NCBI GenBank assembly: GCA_043821645.1
Contig: JBDRCO010000118.1
Coordinates: 140,314-204,313 of the forward strand
Source: Pseudomonadota bacterium
GTDB lineage: Bacteria > Myxococcota > JACRCW01 > JAFGSX01
Length of the DNA: 64,000 bases
Direction of reading: 5' to 3'
The translations under genes and the position numbers were made by a program. A model generated the notes under the pieces. It ran no database searches, was not told where the DNA came from, and saw only the letters and a program-made list of their open reading frames with translations. Within the stretch, counting starts at the first letter, position 1. Each line of letters begins with the position of its first letter. Positions 31,621 to 39,982 of the stretch are shown here, piece after piece.

Positions 31621-32949
31621 ATGAAGATCTTTGTCAAGATCCTGGCCGGCTACTTTGCGCTCATCGTGTTCGCGATGGTGCTGTACTGGCTGGTGCCCAT
31701 CGTCGCCGAGGGCGCCACCGAGCGTTTCCTGTACTTCGCCCTGGCCCTGGTGCTGGTGGCAGGTGCCGTCAGCGCCTTTTACGTCTCCCACCTCACCCGC
31801 AACATGGGCTCCCTGCTCGATTCCACCGCGGCCATTGGTCAGGGTGACCTGACCCGGCCGGTCAAGTTCGAGCGGCCCTCGACCTACACCGACGAGATGG
31901 ACACCCTGGCGGGCTCCATCAACCACATGCTCGAGAATCTGCGTGAGCTGGTCAGCCACCTGCAAAAAACCGCGCGCAACGTCGCCGAGAGCGCCAACAC
32001 GCTGTCGGCGGCCACCGAGGACGTCAATGGCCGGGCCGGGGAGATCGCGGAGTCCATCGGCCTGATCTCGCGCGGCGCCGAGTTGCAGAACGAGCTCGTC
32101 AACAAGGCCAACAAGCTCATCGGCGACCTCGCCGACGGCATCGAGCGCTCGGCGCGCGCAGCCGAGGCCGCAGCGAGGGCTGGCGCCGAGACCCACACCG
32201 CGGCGCGCACCGGTACCGAGGTTGCTCACCTGGCCGTCGAGAAGCTGCACGGGGTGTTCGAGCGCGTCGAGCAAGCCTCCGAGCGCGTGTTCGCCTTCGG
32301 GTCCAAGACCCAGGCCATCGGCAAGATCGTCGAGGTCATCACCAAGATCTCGCAGCAGACCAACCTGCTGGCCCTCAACGCCACCATCGAGGCGGCCCGC
32401 GCCGGCGAGTACGGCCGCGGCTTCGCGGTGGTCGCCGAGGAGGTGCGCAAGCTGGCTGAGAACGCCGGACGCTCGGCCGAGCAGATCACGGTGCTGGTGG
32501 CGGACATCGCCAACGACTCCGAGAGCGCGGTCAGCGGCATGCGCCAGGGCATCCAGGACCTGGCCGAGAGCCGCGAGGATCTCGCCTCCATCATCATGTC
32601 GCTCGAGGGCATCGTCGAGAGCGCCCTGCGCGGTGCCGAGCGCAGCGAGGAGATCGCGCACTCGTCGCGCTCGCAGCTCTCGGGATCCCAGGAAATGGTC
32701 AAGGCCATCAACAACATCTCGGATGTGGCCAAGCAGAACGCCCTGTCCACCGACGAAGTGTCCAAGGCCACGTCCTCGCAGCTGGCGTCCATCGAGGACA
32801 TGACGAAGAGCGCCCTCGAGCTGTCCAACCTCTCGCTCGAGCTGGAGAAGGTGGTGAGCCGCTTCAAGCCCGATGCGGCCCACGAGGCGAGGTCCGAGAT
32901 CAAATCCAGCAGCGGCATGCGTTCGCGAGCCGACAGCACGCTTTCTTGA
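31621..32949 (+). CDS. difA: Methyl-accepting chemotaxis protein, DifA-like
   Basis: Two TM helices with a very short loop, [38 protein letters not shown]; first gene of a dif-like cluster. Confidence 0.85.
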   Translation: MKIFVKILAGYFALIVFAMVLYWLVPIVAEGATERFLYFALALVLVAGAVSAFYVSHLTRNMGSLLDSTAAIGQGDLTRPVKFERPSTYTDEMDTLAGSINHMLENLRELVSHLQKTARNVAESANTLSAATEDVNGRAGEIAESIGLISRGAELQNELVNKANKLIGDLADGIERSARAAEAAARAGAETHTAARTGTEVAHLAVEKLHGVFERVEQASERVFAFGSKTQAIGKIVEVITKISQQTNLLALNATIEAARAGEYGRGFAVVAEEVRKLAENAGRSAEQITVLVADIANDSESAVSGMRQGIQDLAESREDLASIIMSLEGIVESALRGAERSEEIAHSSRSQLSGSQEMVKAINNISDVAKQNALSTDEVSKATSSQLASIEDMTKSALELSNLSLELEKVVSRFKPDAAHEARSEIKSSSGMRSRADSTLS

Positions 32950-32975
32950 TTGAGAAATCAGGACGTTGCTATAGT
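32946..32975 (+). promoter_or_regulatory. Possible internal sigma70 promoter upstream of cheW
   Basis: TTGATT-18 nt-TATAGT with extended -10 TG. Confidence 0.4.
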
Positions 32976-32983
32976 CTGCAGGC

Positions 32984-33430
32984 ATGGCCAGCGAGGCCGA
33001 CCTATATGTCGTGGTCTCGGTGGCCGGGGAGAGCCTCGGTCTGCGGACCCGTGCGGTCCTCAAGGTGATCGAGGTTGGAGCGCTGGCGCGCTTGCCGCGC
33101 TTGCCGGACCCGGTGCTGGGCGTGACGCCTTACCGCGGGCGCATCATCACCTTGGTCGACCTGGCGGCGGTCCTGGGGCGCGGTAGCCACAAGGCTGCAA
33201 CGGCCAGCCAGCGTGCGGTGCTGATGGACCTGGGGAACCGCAACGTGGGCTTGCGGGTGGAGGGTGTGGAGACCATCGCGGTCATGGACCACGTCGAACC
33301 GCGCCGGCAGGGTGGTGACGACGAGCTGGTGGTCAGCGTCGCCCTGTGTGGCGAGCGCACCGTGGGTCTGATCGATGAGGGTCGACTCGCCAAGAAAATC
33401 GCCGGGTTGTGTGACCCGGCCCGAGCATGA
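32984..33430 (+). CDS. difC: CheW coupling protein, DifC-like
   Basis: LPRLPDPVLGV...RGRII.LVDL, VGLRVEGV. Confidence 0.85.
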   Translation: MASEADLYVVVSVAGESLGLRTRAVLKVIEVGALARLPRLPDPVLGVTPYRGRIITLVDLAAVLGRGSHKAATASQRAVLMDLGNRNVGLRVEGVETIAVMDHVEPRRQGGDDELVVSVALCGERTVGLIDEGRLAKKIAGLCDPARA

Positions 33431-33467
33431 GGGGCGCCCCAGAGCGCCAGGATAGACGGAGTCTCTG

Positions 33468-33842
33468 ATGGCCAAGCGCGTGCTGATCGTCGACGACGCC
33501 GTGTTCATGCGCAACATGATCAAGGACATCTTCGCCGGTGGCGACTTCGAGATTGTGGGAGAGGCTGCCAACGGCATCGAGGCCGTGGAGCGCTACCGCG
33601 ACCTCAAGCCCGACCTGACGACGATGGACATCGTGATGCCCTTCAAAAGTGGCATCGAGGCCACCAAGGAAATCCTGGCCGCCGACCCGCAGGCCTGCGT
33701 CGTGATGTGCAGCGCCCTGGGTCAGGAGTCCCTGGTCATGGAGGCCATCGAGGCCGGCGCCAAGGACTTCATCGTCAAGCCCTTCAAGAGCGAAGACGTG
33801 CTCAACGTGGTCCACAAGGTCCTGGGCAGCGCCGCCGCCTGA
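33468..33842 (+). CDS. difD: CheY response regulator, DifD-like
   Basis: VLIVDDAVFMR, PDLTTMDIVMP, MCSALGQ, DFIVKPF. Confidence 0.9.
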   Translation: MAKRVLIVDDAVFMRNMIKDIFAGGDFEIVGEAANGIEAVERYRDLKPDLTTMDIVMPFKSGIEATKEILAADPQACVVMCSALGQESLVMEAIEAGAKDFIVKPFKSEDVLNVVHKVLGSAAA

Positions 33843-33861
33843 TCGGATTTTCCGACCGCAC

Positions 33862-35826
33862 ATGGTCGATCCAGCCAAGTACCGCGCCCTGTTCGTCAGC
33901 GAATCGCGCGAGATCCTCGACAGCTTCCAAAGCGAGCTGCTTCGCTTCGAGCGCCACGAGGCCGGGCGCGAGTCCGTCGATGCCATGTTTCGCGCCGCGC
34001 ACTCGCTCAAGGGCATGGCGGCGTCCATGGGCTACGAGGCTTTTGCGGAGCTGGCGCATGCCATGGAGGACCTGACCGGCGATGCGCGGGAGCAGGGCAG
34101 CCTGGGCACCGAGGCGGTGGATCTGCTGCTGGCCGGGGTGGATCAGCTGGGCTCAGGTGTGACCGCCCTCGAGGGCGGCAGCGAGCAGGCGCAGGTCGAC
34201 GCCGCGGCCCTGATCCAGCAGATTCGCATCCTGCACGGTGCCGCGCGTGCCGCTGCCGCCACGCACGCTCCGAGCCCGTCGCCCGTCGCCACCGCGCCGG
34301 TGCCTGACACCAAGTCGGGCATGGCACCCGGGACCGCCAGGTCCGGGGAGGGGCCCGCACCCACCCGGGTGGCGATCCAGTACAGCGACGCCAGTACGGC
34401 CCCCCAGGTCCGCGCCTTCATGCTGCAGCGCGAGCTGGGGCAGAGCTTCGAGCTGCTGGAGATCACGCCATCGGTCGAGGATCTCAAGGCCGGCCGCTTT
34501 CCGGAGCGCCGCCTGACGCTGGCGGTGCGGGGCACCGACGCGCAGGTGCAGGATCTGATGTCGCGGGCCCGGAGCGCCACCGACGTGGCCGGGGTCGAGG
34601 TGCTGGCAGGCATCACCGCTTCTCGCGCCGAGGCACCCAGTTCCGAGGTCGAGATCTCGGATGCCGTGCGCACGGTGCGCGTCAAGACCGAGATCCTCGA
34701 CGAGTTCATCGACTCGGTGGGCGAGCTGCTCCGGGCGCGCGATCGCCTGCGCACCGTGGCCAAGAAGGCCGATCTGCCCGAGCTCAACGAGATCGCCGAC
34801 GAGCTGATGACGCTGACCAAGGACCTGTACGACCGCGTGATGCTGGCGCGGATGACTCCGCTGGCCCTGCTCACCGACCGGCTGCCCCGGGTGGTCCGCG
34901 ACCTGGCGCGACGCAAGGACTTCAAGGTCGAGCTGCGCATCGAGGGTGCGGACATCGAGATGGATCGCGCCCTGCTCGACGAGTTGCACAGCGCCATCCT
35001 GCACATCGTGCGCAATGCCGTGGACCACGGACACGAGGGCGCCGCTGCGCGCCGGGCCGCGGCCAAGCCCGAGGCCCTGACTCTGGTGATCCGCGCCACC
35101 CGCGATCGCGATCAGGTGCTGCTCGAGATCGAAGATGACGGCAAGGGCATGGACGCCGACCTCATCGGGCACAAGGCCCTGACCATGGGGATCATCGACG
35201 AGGCCAAGCTCGGCAGCCTGAGTCGCAGCGAGGTACTGGAGCTGATCTGTGCTCCGGGTTTCTCGACCGCCAGCGAGGTCACCGAGGTATCCGGGCGCGG
35301 CGTGGGCATGGACGCGGTGCGCTCGACGGTGGAGCGGCTGGGCGGCGACCTGCAGATCGACAGCATCCAGGGACAGGGCACCGACTTCGTGTTGCGGCTC
35401 CCCCTCACCATGGCCATCATCAACGTCATGCTGGTCGAGTGCGGCAACCTGTCCCACGCAGTACCGACCAGCCGCGTGGTGCACGCCTTCGATCTGAGGC
35501 CCGGCCTGGTCACGCGCAGCTGCGGCGAAGCCCTGCTGCACGTCGACGGAGACATGCTCCATTTTTTCGATCTGGGCCAGCTGCTGGGGTACCATGGGGA
35601 TGTCACCGCAGACGAGGGAACGGTGCTGATTTTCGAGGACGGCTCAGAGCGCTCGGCAGTGTGCGTGGATCGCATCGCGGGCATGCAGGAAGTGGTGGTC
35701 AAGCCCCTGGGTTTGCCCCTGGCGCGCCTGGACTACCTGGCCGGAGCGGCACTGCTGGCCGACGGCACGCCCGTGTACATCCTCGACGTGGGGCGCTTGA
35801 TCCGGCACGGACCTGGAGTCGCATGA
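33862..35826 (+). CDS. difE: CheA histidine kinase, DifE-like
   Basis: Hpt FRAAHSLKGMA, HIVRNAVDHG, DDGKG, PGFSTA..VT.VSGRGVGMD; C-terminal CheW domain. Confidence 0.92.
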   Translation: MVDPAKYRALFVSESREILDSFQSELLRFERHEAGRESVDAMFRAAHSLKGMAASMGYEAFAELAHAMEDLTGDAREQGSLGTEAVDLLLAGVDQLGSGVTALEGGSEQAQVDAAALIQQIRILHGAARAAAATHAPSPSPVATAPVPDTKSGMAPGTARSGEGPAPTRVAIQYSDASTAPQVRAFMLQRELGQSFELLEITPSVEDLKAGRFPERRLTLAVRGTDAQVQDLMSRARSATDVAGVEVLAGITASRAEAPSSEVEISDAVRTVRVKTEILDEFIDSVGELLRARDRLRTVAKKADLPELNEIADELMTLTKDLYDRVMLARMTPLALLTDRLPRVVRDLARRKDFKVELRIEGADIEMDRALLDELHSAILHIVRNAVDHGHEGAAARRAAAKPEALTLVIRATRDRDQVLLEIEDDGKGMDADLIGHKALTMGIIDEAKLGSLSRSEVLELICAPGFSTASEVTEVSGRGVGMDAVRSTVERLGGDLQIDSIQGQGTDFVLRLPLTMAIINVMLVECGNLSHAVPTSRVVHAFDLRPGLVTRSCGEALLHVDGDMLHFFDLGQLLGYHGDVTADEGTVLIFEDGSERSAVCVDRIAGMQEVVVKPLGLPLARLDYLAGAALLADGTPVYILDVGRLIRHGPGVA

Positions 35827-36494
35827 GCGACAAGGCGACAGGCCACAACGTGGTGGGTGGTGAGGACCACATCGCGAGCCTGAGCCCGGGCGAGCAGCAG
35901 CTGCTGGCGCGCCTGTGCCAGGTCGGTGGTGGTCGCGCCGGGCGCGCCCTGGCCACCATCCTGGGCGAATCCAACGTGCACGTGGACCTCTACGACGCGG
36001 GACTGCGCGAGCACACACTGGCCACCAGCGAGCTGGCGGGGGACGACACCCGCATGATCGGGGTGCTGTTCGATCTCACGGGGAGCTTCGAGGGTCACCT
36101 GACCATGTTGCTGGGCGAGGACGGCGCCATGTCCCTGGTGCGGCGCCTGCTGCGCACGGACTCGGTGTACACCGCCGATGGTGCGCTGACCGATGACGCC
36201 CGGGGCGCCCTGGCCGAGGTTGGCAACATCGTGGCCTCGGCTTTTCTCAATGCTTTCGCGGATGCCCTGCGCACGCCTTGGCTGCCTTCGCCGCCGCGAC
36301 TGATCCACGACCGGGCCGAGATCATCCTGGCTGCGGTCAAGGGCCGCGGCATCGCGGACAGGGCGCTGGCCATTGCTTTGGATGCGCAGATTCGCACCGA
36401 TGGTGCTCGGGTTCGCGGCCAGCTTTTGTTTCTGCCCTCGGCTCCCGTGCTGCACAACCTCCTGCGCGCTGCGCGAAACAGCGTCGCGCCATGA
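35823..36494 (+). CDS. difG: CheC-family phosphatase, DifG-like
   Basis: ALAEVGNIVASAFLNA...PSPP motif; ATGA overlap with cheA. Confidence 0.82.
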   Translation: MSDKATGHNVVGGEDHIASLSPGEQQLLARLCQVGGGRAGRALATILGESNVHVDLYDAGLREHTLATSELAGDDTRMIGVLFDLTGSFEGHLTMLLGEDGAMSLVRRLLRTDSVYTADGALTDDARGALAEVGNIVASAFLNAFADALRTPWLPSPPRLIHDRAEIILAAVKGRGIADRALAIALDAQIRTDGARVRGQLLFLPSAPVLHNLLRAARNSVAP

Positions 36495-36659
36495 TGCACC
36501 GCAGCACACAACGGTCCCGGCTGGGCTGCGATCAGGTCCGGAGCCGGGTGAATAACTCTCCGTGCCCTCGCGTCATTTCTCCCGTATGGCCCTCCTCCTG
36601 CACCCCCTCGGGTGACGGACGGCGGGCTGGATGGGGACGACGCGGCCGGGGAGCGTGAG

Positions 36660-37355
36660 ATGGACACGCAGCAGCCGACCGACCGCGACCTGGTCGAGCG
36701 GGCACAGAAGGGCGATCGCCGCGCCTTCGGCCTGCTGGTGGAGCGCTACCAGCGCAGGGTGTATGCCGTGGCCTTTGGCATGTTGCACAACCGGGACGAC
36801 GCGATGGATGTGGTGCAGGACGCCTTCGTCAAGGTGCACCGGCACATCGAGGCCTTCCAGGGCAACGCGTCGTTTTACACCTGGCTGTACCGCATCGTGG
36901 CCAACCTGTGCATCGACGTCCGTCGCCGCCGCAGCCGTCGGCCTGAGGCCGAGCTCAACGAGGCGGTGGTGCACAGTGACGTGTTGAGCACGGGCGTGGA
37001 CGTGGCGCCGCGCAACCCCGAGGCCAACCCGGTGGAGAACCTGACACGGCGCGAGCTGTCGGCAGAGATGAACCGGGCCCTCGACGACCTGAGCGAGAAT
37101 CATCGCCTGATCTTGCTGATGCGCGAGGTCGAGGGTCTGAGCTACGAGGAGCTGGCGGAGGTGCTGAAGATCAGTAAAGGAACGGTGATGAGCAGGCTGT
37201 TTCATGCCCGCAAGAACATGCAGAAGGCGCTGCGGCCCTACCTGGGGCTGGCCGATGGCGCGGGTCTGGACGGCAAGCAGACGAGTGCCGACGGCAGCGC
37301 CGGCGACGAGGACAAGCAGGATTCTCCGCCACAGGACGCGGCCCTGCGGGAGTGA
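36660..37355 (+). CDS. ECF RNA polymerase sigma factor
   Basis: GD..AF..LV.RY, DVVQDAF, F.TWLYRI..N, EGLSYEELAEVL....GTVMSRLFHAR. Alternative GTG at 36612. Confidence 0.93.
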   Translation: MDTQQPTDRDLVERAQKGDRRAFGLLVERYQRRVYAVAFGMLHNRDDAMDVVQDAFVKVHRHIEAFQGNASFYTWLYRIVANLCIDVRRRRSRRPEAELNEAVVHSDVLSTGVDVAPRNPEANPVENLTRRELSAEMNRALDDLSENHRLILLMREVEGLSYEELAEVLKISKGTVMSRLFHARKNMQKALRPYLGLADGAGLDGKQTSADGSAGDEDKQDSPPQDAALRE

Positions 37356-37939
37356 CCATCATGACGCGCGAACGGGCTGCCTTCACTCACGACGAGCTTC
37401 AGTGCTATGTCGATGGTGAGCTGGACGCCGCGAAGACCCAGGCCCTCGACCACGCCCTGGCGCGCGATCCCGAATTGCTGATGCAGGTCGAGGCCTTGCG
37501 CTCCCTGCACGGCGTGCTGCAGCAGCAGTTGCTGGCGCCGGCCGACGAGGTGGACTTCTCGGGCCTGTCCGGGCGGGTGCTGGCTCAGATCGAGGAGGCG
37601 CACGCGGGGTCCTGGTCCGGGCGCCTGGGAGCGTGGTGGCATGAGCAGGTGGCGAGCCGGCGCGCGGTGTGGGTACCCTCGCTGGCCCTGGCTGCGGCCG
37701 CAGCCCTGGTGTTGACCCTGCCCCGGGTGCTGGACCGCGAGGTGCAGGTGCAACCGGAGATCATCGCCGCCAACGAGGGCGTCGAGGTGCGCTCGCTGGA
37801 GACCGGGACCAGCCTGGCCATGGTGTACCAGCTGCCGCGATCGCACACGACGGTGATCTGGATTTCGGACAGGGCCGACGACTCTGCGGCCACGCTGGAC
37901 ACGGATGAGGCCCCCACCACGGAGTGGGGTGGGCAGTGA
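37352..37939 (+). CDS. Transmembrane anti-sigma factor
   Basis: L..YVDGEL N-terminus, single TM helix, short periplasmic domain; overlaps the sigma stop. Confidence 0.8.
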   Translation: MTIMTRERAAFTHDELQCYVDGELDAAKTQALDHALARDPELLMQVEALRSLHGVLQQQLLAPADEVDFSGLSGRVLAQIEEAHAGSWSGRLGAWWHEQVASRRAVWVPSLALAAAAALVLTLPRVLDREVQVQPEIIAANEGVEVRSLETGTSLAMVYQLPRSHTTVIWISDRADDSAATLDTDEAPTTEWGGQ

Positions 37940-37953
37940 CGAAGGAGTTCGCC

Positions 37954-38406
37954 ATGACCAGGGCTCTGCGACCCATGCTCGCGCTGACACTGTTCATGTG
38001 CGGCGCCCTGTGGACCGGCGCCGCGCACGCCGAGGAACGCTACGGCATGGAGATTCGCGTGATCTCGGCCCAGCCAGGCACCGCGACCATCGATCCGGCG
38101 CTGAAGAGTTACCAGCGCGACCTGCAGGCCATGCCCTACAAGAGCTTCAAGCTGCTCGACGCGCACTCCAAGACCCTGCGCAAGGGTGAGACCGTGTCCA
38201 TGCAGTTCCCGGGTGAGAGCAACCGCTTCATGAAGGTCAAGGCCAATGGCCAGAAGGACGGCAAGCTCAGTTTCAGCATCGCCATCGATGAGCTGCGCTT
38301 TCGCACCTCGGTGCGCATTCCGGACAACGGCACGCTCATCGTGGGTGGTCCCAAGTACGAGAACGGTGTGATCCTGCTCGCGGTCACCGCGCGGACAGCC
38401 CCGTAG
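37954..38406 (+). CDS. Exported hypothetical protein, third gene of the ECF locus
   Basis: SD AAGGAG; signal peptide ending AHA; beta-rich mature region. Confidence 0.75.
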   Translation: MTRALRPMLALTLFMCGALWTGAAHAEERYGMEIRVISAQPGTATIDPALKSYQRDLQAMPYKSFKLLDAHSKTLRKGETVSMQFPGESNRFMKVKANGQKDGKLSFSIAIDELRFRTSVRIPDNGTLIVGGPKYENGVILLAVTARTAP

Positions 38407-38540
38407 TTCCGGTTCCGTCTCCTGTCGACCTCCCTTCCCATCCCCGGTCTGTGGCGCTAGGCTCGCCCCGTGGCGACGGAGGCCGCGTCCGTCGTTGCAG
38501 GACACCCGGGTGTCCAGGATCCCGCGGCGATGGGTCTGCC

Positions 38541-39437
38541 ATGTTCGTTCAATCCGTGGTCCGCGCCCGCAGCGAGGTCGAGGCGGCGTGGCTGATGTTC
38601 GAGGGCAAGCCGGGCACCCGGCTCATCGCCGGTGGCACCGACCTGATGTTGCAGATGCAGCGCGGAAAGCTGCAAGCCTCGTCGCTGGTGGACCTGCGCC
38701 GCTCGGGCATGGACATGCTGCGCGAGTCCGACGAGAGCATCGACATCGGTGCCACGGCCACCATCGCCAGCATCGCGCGCCACGATGGTGTGCGGCGGCT
38801 GTTTCCGGACCTGCACCGGGCCGCGGCCACCCTGGCCTCGCAGCAGATACGCAACATGGGGACCCTGGGCGGCAACATCGGCAATGCCTCGCCCGCGGCC
38901 GACCTGGTGCCCTCGCTGCTGGTGCACGAGGCCCTGGTTCGCGTGCGCTGCGGAGACGCGCTGCGCGAGGTGCCGGCCCGCGCGTTCTTCACCGGCCCCG
39001 GTGAGACCGTGCTGACGGCGCAGGAGCTGATCACCGAGGTCCGCCTGCCCGTGCCCCGCGCGGCGGACGGCGAGGTGCACAGCGTGTTTCACAAGCTGGG
39101 CTTCCGCGGCGCGCAGATCATCGCCGTGGTCAATCTGGCCGCGCGCGTGGGGCTGCGCGGCGACGTGGTCGAGCAGGCCAGGCTGGCCCTGGGCTCGGTG
39201 GCGCCCACCGCGGTGCGCGCCAGTCACGTCGAGCAGCTGCTGATCGGACAGCGCCTGACGCGCGAGCTCGTCGAGGCTGCCGCCGAGGCCGTGCAGCAGG
39301 ACATCTCCCCCATCGACGACCTGCGTGCACCCGCCGCGTACCGACGCCGGGTGGCGCGCAACTACGTGCGCCTGGCTCTGTCCCAGGTCGTCATGGCGCA
39401 CAGCGACGCCCGCACCCGTCGCAGGTCCAGGACGTGA
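38541..39437 (+). CDS. Xanthine dehydrogenase family FAD-binding subunit
   Basis: IAGGTDL, QIRNMGTLGGNIGNASPAAD, LGSVAPT, PIDDLRA...YR. Confidence 0.92.
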   Translation: MFVQSVVRARSEVEAAWLMFEGKPGTRLIAGGTDLMLQMQRGKLQASSLVDLRRSGMDMLRESDESIDIGATATIASIARHDGVRRLFPDLHRAAATLASQQIRNMGTLGGNIGNASPAADLVPSLLVHEALVRVRCGDALREVPARAFFTGPGETVLTAQELITEVRLPVPRAADGEVHSVFHKLGFRGAQIIAVVNLAARVGLRGDVVEQARLALGSVAPTAVRASHVEQLLIGQRLTRELVEAAAEAVQQDISPIDDLRAPAAYRRRVARNYVRLALSQVVMAHSDARTRRRSRT

Positions 39438-39982
39438 AAGGGACGCACCGCATGAGCGCCAGGAGCACCGAGACCGATCTGGGGAGCAGCCCCGTGACCC
39501 TCACCATCAACGGCCGCCGAGCCGTGCTCGATGCCGCGCCGGGCGAACGCCTGCTCGACGCCTTGCGCCGGGCGGGCTTCGTCGAGGTCAAGGAAGGCTG
39601 CGGCGAGGGAGAGTGTGGCAGCTGTACGGTGCTGCTGGACGGCCATGCGGTCTGCGCCTGCCTCACGCTCGCGCAGAGCGCCGACGGCGGCGAGTTGCTG
39701 ACGGTCGCGGCCACCGGTGAACCCCGGGTCGACACCCTGCGGCAGGCCATGGTCGAGGAGATGGGCACGCAGTGCGGTTTCTGCACGCCGGGGATGGTGC
39801 TGTCGGCCGCCGAGCTGTTGCACGACACGCCGCGGCCCGACGACGAGCAGATCAAGGACGCCCTCGCCGGGAACCTGTGCCGCTGCACGGGGTACACGCG
39901 CATTGCCCAGGCGGTGCACCGAGCGTCGTCGCTGCTGGAGCAGCAGAAGATGGATGCTCAGGGCAAGGAGAAGACGTCGTGA
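39434..39982 (+). CDS. Xanthine dehydrogenase family 2Fe-2S subunit
   Basis: KEGCGEGECGSCTV, QCGFCTPG, GNLCRCTGY. Confidence 0.94.
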   Translation: MKGTHRMSARSTETDLGSSPVTLTINGRRAVLDAAPGERLLDALRRAGFVEVKEGCGEGECGSCTVLLDGHAVCACLTLAQSADGGELLTVAATGEPRVDTLRQAMVEEMGTQCGFCTPGMVLSAAELLHDTPRPDDEQIKDALAGNLCRCTGYTRIAQAVHRASSLLEQQKMDAQGKEKTS

